This document shows positions 60,071 through 64,000 of a stretch of 64,000 bases of DNA, piece by piece. Location: NCBI GenBank assembly GCA_044222185.1, contig JBGANV010000001.1, forward strand, positions 1,568,001 through 1,632,000, in the 5' to 3' direction. Made by a program: the position numbers and the translations under genes. Below the pieces are notes generated by a model that saw only the letters and a program-made list of their open reading frames with translations, was not told the origin of the DNA and ran no database searches. Position 1 is the first letter of the stretch. Every line of letters begins with the position of its first letter. The stretch comes from Planctomycetota bacterium (GTDB taxonomy: Bacteria > Planctomycetota > GCA-002687715 > CAIWVZ01).

Positions 60071-60367
60071 TCACTTCACATGGAAGTTCTTGTAGGCAAG
60101 AACGACGTGGACGATGGCTTGCAGCGAGATGAGCGCCCCTGCGATCGCACCGGCTACGGGCTTGTAGGAGTACAAGAGCCACGAGATGCCAATCTCCGCC
60201 CCGATGATGAGGGTTCCCTGGATGAAGACGCGGAGGCCCGATGGGTGTTTCCCGAACAGCGGGTTCCGCTCCTCGCCGCCCTTTCCGAGCGCGTAGATGG
60301 TGGAGATGCCATCGAACGTTGCGGCGACGCCCAGGGCGATCGAGGCGATGACAAGAAATACGAACAT
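60071..60367 (-). CDS. Small membrane protein (DUF5658-like)
   Basis: GGAGG RBS before ATG 60367; D..ST..AL..GG.E.NPL motif; three hydrophobic helices. Confidence 0.7.
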   Translation of the reverse strand: MFVFLVIASIALGVAATFDGISTIYALGKGGEERNPLFGKHPSGLRVFIQGTLIIGAEIGISWLLYSYKPVAGAIAGALISLQAIVHVVLAYKNFHVK

Positions 60368-61178
60368 GAGTCCTCCGATGGTTCCCAGCGTCAGCCGCGT
60401 CGGCACCGATGCCGCGCCGACCGCGCTGAACGCAACGATTCCACGGCCGCAGGGAGTGCCTCACATGATGCACGAGTTCGGGACCGGGAGGGTGCCCACG
60501 CTGCCCCGACGCCGACTTTCTGGTCGCCCAACGAGTCCTCAGCATTCACGGCGAGAGATTGGGGCTGCGACGACGCCGTGTCCGAGACGTCGCCTTCTGG
60601 TGCCTCGACCGAGGATTCTCTCCCGACCTGCTGCCGTCACGCACGGCTGACGGTTCGGGCGCGGACGCGGCGGAAGACGCCGAAGTGCGCCAGGATGCGG
60701 TCAACCACCCCAACGGCCTCGAAGGCGGCGTCACGGCGAGCCTTGCGCCGGGCAAGGGAGAGCTTCGACCCCGACCTCGCAACCCGCCACGGCGCGCAGG
60801 GGACCTGACCGGACACCGCGCGTGGCGCGACCGACGTCGCTTGGCGAAGGATCGAGCCGACTCCGAAGGCGGTCGAGCCGCGTCTGGATGCCATGTCGTG
60901 CCCGAGGACGTCGCGCGCGACTCCCAGCGGTCATTCTGCGGCAGCGTTCAGGGTGCGGGACACAGCTGCGCGACATGGTTCCGGCCCTCCCTCGCTCAGA
61001 AACGCCTCGCCTCGACTCGCCGGTCGATCGGCGGTCAGGCAGCCGGAAGAGCTGAACAGGTTCACGATCGCCCGCCGCGATCGCGATCAACGTCAACCAC
61101 CGATGTCTCGCTTATTCCTGCCAGATCGCGCAGACCGGCTCACGGCCGACGCCAGCGGTTAGGCTCTACACCCGCCGC

Positions 61179-61736
61179 ATGGGACTACTGACCTTCAGCA
61201 TCAACGTCACTCTGGACGGCTGCGTCGATCACCAGGAAGGCGTCGCCGACGACGAAACGCATGCCTTCTTCACCCGCCTCATGGACGAGAGCGGCGCCAT
61301 GCTCTGGGGCCGCGTCACGTACGAGATGATGGAGAGCTACTGGCCGGCGGTCGCTCGCGGGGACGTCGAGGCACCGTCGACGATGCGTGATTGGGCAGTC
61401 AAGCTGGAGACGAAGCCGAAGTACGTGGTTTCGACGACGCGACGGAACTTCCCATGGACCAACAGCCACCACGTCGCCGGCAACCTGCACGCGGGCGTGC
61501 AGAGCCTGAAGGACGCGACTGCGTCCGGCGTGCTCCTCGGTAGCGGCAAGCTCGCGGCCGAGTTGGACCGGCTGGATCTGATCGACGAGTACAAGTTCCT
61601 CGTGCACCCCAGGATCGCCGGTCACGGCCCGACACTGTACGGCGGAGGGCTCCCCAGCACGCGACGGCTCGATCTGGTCTCGGCGAGACCCCTCCGCAAC
61701 GGCGCGGTCGCCATGCACTACCGACGCGCGCGTTGA
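61179..61736 (+). CDS. Dihydrofolate reductase / RibD C-terminal family protein
   Basis: INVTLDGC, LWGRVTYEMM..YW, KYVVS, GSG.LA..L...DLIDEY...HP...G.G..L. Confidence 0.9.
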   Translation: MGLLTFSINVTLDGCVDHQEGVADDETHAFFTRLMDESGAMLWGRVTYEMMESYWPAVARGDVEAPSTMRDWAVKLETKPKYVVSTTRRNFPWTNSHHVAGNLHAGVQSLKDATASGVLLGSGKLAAELDRLDLIDEYKFLVHPRIAGHGPTLYGGGLPSTRRLDLVSARPLRNGAVAMHYRRAR

Positions 61737-62016
61737 CCTCGACCCGCAAGCAGCCGCCGCTGCGCCTCGTACCCGCTCCTGGAAGAAACGCATTCAAATT
61801 CCAGGGTGCGGAGGCGTGCGACATCGGGTTTCCGCCTGGTGGCCACCCGCTCAAGGCAGCGCGGTCAGTCCATCTTCATGCCAGACGAAACCGACGTCCG
61901 GTGTGCCGGTCGAACGAGCGGCACCAGATCGCGTGCTGCGCCGCTGGTCGCGCGCAGCATGCAGTTGACCCTCGCCCCAGAAGCTGGCAACGACCGTTCA
62001 AACTTGGGCTGACAAG

Positions 62017-62091
62017 TCGGGGCGGCGGGATTTGAACCCGCGACCTTCGGCTCCCAAAACCGACGCTCTAGCCAGGCTGAGCCACGCCCCG
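62017..62091 (-). tRNA. tRNA-Pro(TGG)
   Basis: Reverse complement CGGGGCGTGGCTCAGCCTGGCTAGAGCGTCGGTTTTGGGAGCCGAAGGTCGCGGGTTCAAATCCCGCCGCCCCGA folds as a cloverleaf; anticodon TGG; CCA not encoded. Confidence 0.95.
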
Positions 62092-62183
62092 AGGCGAACA
62101 GAACGGGCGGATTCTCCTCCGCGGCGACCGGTCGTGCAAGGCAGACTCGGCGAGCCGGAGGCCGAACCCCATCCGTCGATCGT

Positions 62184-62945
62184 TCAGTAGTAGGTCGGGA
62201 CGTAGCCGACGCCGAACTCGGACACCGGCATCCAGTCCTTGCCGCCGCTCGCGGTCTTTTCGAGGAGCGTGATACCAGGTCGCTCCGACTTGCGGAGACG
62301 GAAGCCGTTCATCGGGTTGACGCCCACGTACGAGACGAGGCGATCCTTCGTCGGAACCTTCGCGTCCTGCTGGAACGCGGTGACCGTCCACGTGCGTCCG
62401 CCGTCGGTCGTCTCGTAGAGGCTCTCCTTCTTGGGACCGGACGGCGACTCGGAGTAGCTGACGACGACCGATCCTTCGGTGTCGGACTTGAACGCAACCG
62501 AGTGGACGTCGGCGATGCGGACGCCATCCCCAGCTGGAAGAACATCCTCGACGAAGCGGTTGCCGCCGTCCTTCGTTCGGAAGATGACGGCACGGTGAAC
62601 GCCTTCGGGCGTGATCCGGCGAGCCCCGATCCAGCCGCGGATCCGGTCGGCGAAGAACAGTGAGTGGAAGCTCACGTTCTCGAGTTCGTGGATCTCGGAG
62701 CCGGCGCGGCGCCAGCGACCGCCGCCGTCCTCGGTGTGCAGCAACAGCCCGTCGTGGGCGCCGTCCGCCGTTCCGAGCGTGCCGACCGCCCAGATGTCGG
62801 TCAACGAGACGGCGTGGACCGCCTGGAGATCGACCCCGGTGTAGCGCTCGTGCGCCGGTGTCGGGACCTCCAGCTGCGGGCCTGAAGACTCGCACCCTGC
62901 CACCAACACCAAACCCATCGCGACCCAGAGGCTCGTTCGTCCCAC
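62184..62945 (-). CDS. Lipoprotein with BNR/Asp-box (Ycf48-like) repeats
   Basis: Lipobox VAGC; repeats HTEDGGGRW, RTKDGGNRF, ETTDGGRTW, KTASGGKDW. Confidence 0.85.
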   Translation of the reverse strand: MGRTSLWVAMGLVLVAGCESSGPQLEVPTPAHERYTGVDLQAVHAVSLTDIWAVGTLGTADGAHDGLLLHTEDGGGRWRRAGSEIHELENVSFHSLFFADRIRGWIGARRITPEGVHRAVIFRTKDGGNRFVEDVLPAGDGVRIADVHSVAFKSDTEGSVVVSYSESPSGPKKESLYETTDGGRTWTVTAFQQDAKVPTKDRLVSYVGVNPMNGFRLRKSERPGITLLEKTASGGKDWMPVSEFGVGYVPTYY

Positions 62946-63128
62946 GCTCGCGTTCCTTTCCCTTCAGCGCCCGGCGGGCACCAGTCCCGTCGGTCCCGCT
63001 CATTATCGAGTGCGGAGCGACCGCCGCTGCAATGACAGCGGGCGTGCCGCGGATTCCCAGCCGCCCCGAGGCGGGCCGGGGACCACGATCCGCTCACCGA
63101 ATGGCGGGGATGATATCCTCGGCGCGAT

Positions 63129-64000
63129 ATGGAATCCCGCCGCAAGCCCGACGCTGGTGCATCCGATGCCGATCGAGCGAACCTCCTGCGGCGCCTCCCA
63201 TCGATCCAGCAGCTTCTGGAACGGCCCGAGATCGAAGCCCAGGCACAGGTGCCCGGAAAGCGCGGCCTCGTCGTGATGTCGGCCCGAGAGGAGGTGGAGG
63301 CGTGCCGCCGCGCGATCCTCTCCGGCCGAGCCACCGAGGACGACGTATCGCTCGCGTCCGTGAGTGGTCGGCTCCTCCAACGCCTGAACCGCGACGGCCG
63401 CCCGCTGCCACGGGTCCTGAACGCCACGGGAGTCATCCTCCATTCCGGTCTCGGCCGGGCGCCGCTCGCACCGAGCGTGCTCGACACCCTTCGGAGCCAG
63501 GGTCCCTACTCGCTGTTGGAAGTCGACCGGGAGAGGGGGGAACGGCGAGCGCGCGACACACGCTGCGTCACGATGCTCAAGGCCCTCACCGGGGCCGAAG
63601 ACGGCCTCGTCGTGAACAACAACGCCGCCGCGACGGTTTGCATCCTCCATGCCCTCGCTCGCAAGCGTGAAGTGATCTGCTCACGCGGCGAGATGGTCGA
63701 GATCGGTGGATCGTTTCGGATTCCGGAGGTGATGGAGGCTTCCGGATGCGAACTCGTCTCCGTTGGCGCGACGAACAAGACACACATCGAGGACTACGCG
63801 CGCGCCATCGGGCCGAACACGGCGGCGTTGCTCGTCGTCCACACGAGCAACTACCGGATCGTCGGGTTCACCGAACGGCCCAGTTTGCGCGAGATCGCCG
63901 AGCTCGGGCACGCCCATGGACTCGTCGTCATCCACGACCTCGGATCGGGGTCGCTGCTTTCGCCGGAGGCGTTGGGGATCGGTGACGAGCCGCCAGTCTC
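63129..64000 (+). CDS. selA: L-seryl-tRNA(Sec) selenium transferase (N-terminal part; runs off the window end)
   Basis: Manual translation from ATG 63129: ..LRRLPSI..., VLNATGVILHSGLGRAPL, VVNNNAAA, SRGEMVEIGGSFRIPEVM, VGATNKTH, VHTSNYRIVGFT, DLGSG. Confidence 0.95.
   Translation, partial: MESRRKPDAGASDADRANLLRRLPSIQQLLERPEIEAQAQVPGKRGLVVMSAREEVEACRRAILSGRATEDDVSLASVSGRLLQRLNRDGRPLPRVLNATGVILHSGLGRAPLAPSVLDTLRSQGPYSLLEVDRERGERRARDTRCVTMLKALTGAEDGLVVNNNAAATVCILHALARKREVICSRGEMVEIGGSFRIPEVMEASGCELVSVGATNKTHIEDYARAIGPNTAALLVVHTSNYRIVGFTERPSLREIAELGHAHGLVVIHDLGSGSLLSPEALGIGDEPPV

Noticed and set aside
61090-61165. GTTAGGC before the DHFR-like gene as an integron attC core site
   Set aside because: No complementary RYYYAAC box with a proper palindrome, no repeated attC sites and no intI gene.
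60559-61191. 210-aa plus-strand ORF in the gap before the DHFR-like gene
   Set aside because: No RBS or recognisable motif and an Arg/Ala/Ser-rich composition typical of non-coding GC-rich frames; not supported.
62017-62091. tRNA near selA as possible tRNA-Sec (selC)
   Set aside because: It is 75 nt with a short variable loop and a TGG anticodon, so it is tRNA-Pro.

Overview
GC-rich bacterial chromosome segment. The gene content (HEAT/TPR/VWA proteins, prepilin-type protein, prenyltransferase-repeat lipoprotein, HzsA-like protein, LPS Kdo transferase) suggests Planctomycetota; this is an inference. Bases ~1-47,700 are mostly housekeeping genes (pyk, mdh, mnmA, yajC, pepP, ribD, miaB, metK, waaA, secA, pyrD, lspA, xerD, UDG, uvrC, uvrB, a porin, fur-feoAB, purD, xth). 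Bases ~47,800-62,000 are an accessory-looking block ending at tRNA-Pro(TGG), followed by a lipoprotein gene and a partial selA. Two signals that the ORF track misses stand out. (1) A hidden exported deiodinase-like selenoprotein at 58872-59900 has an in-frame UGA in a TUPPF motif and an fdhF-like SECIS hairpin; it overlaps an FGE-fold lipoprotein gene and lies about 3 kb from selA. (2) A candidate sigma54-dependent structured sRNA at ~13024-13179 has a perfect -24/-12 promoter, an upstream inverted repeat, four hairpins and an intrinsic terminator. No CRISPR array, rRNA or intact mobile element was seen. All family assignments are by motif recognition; no database searches were run.
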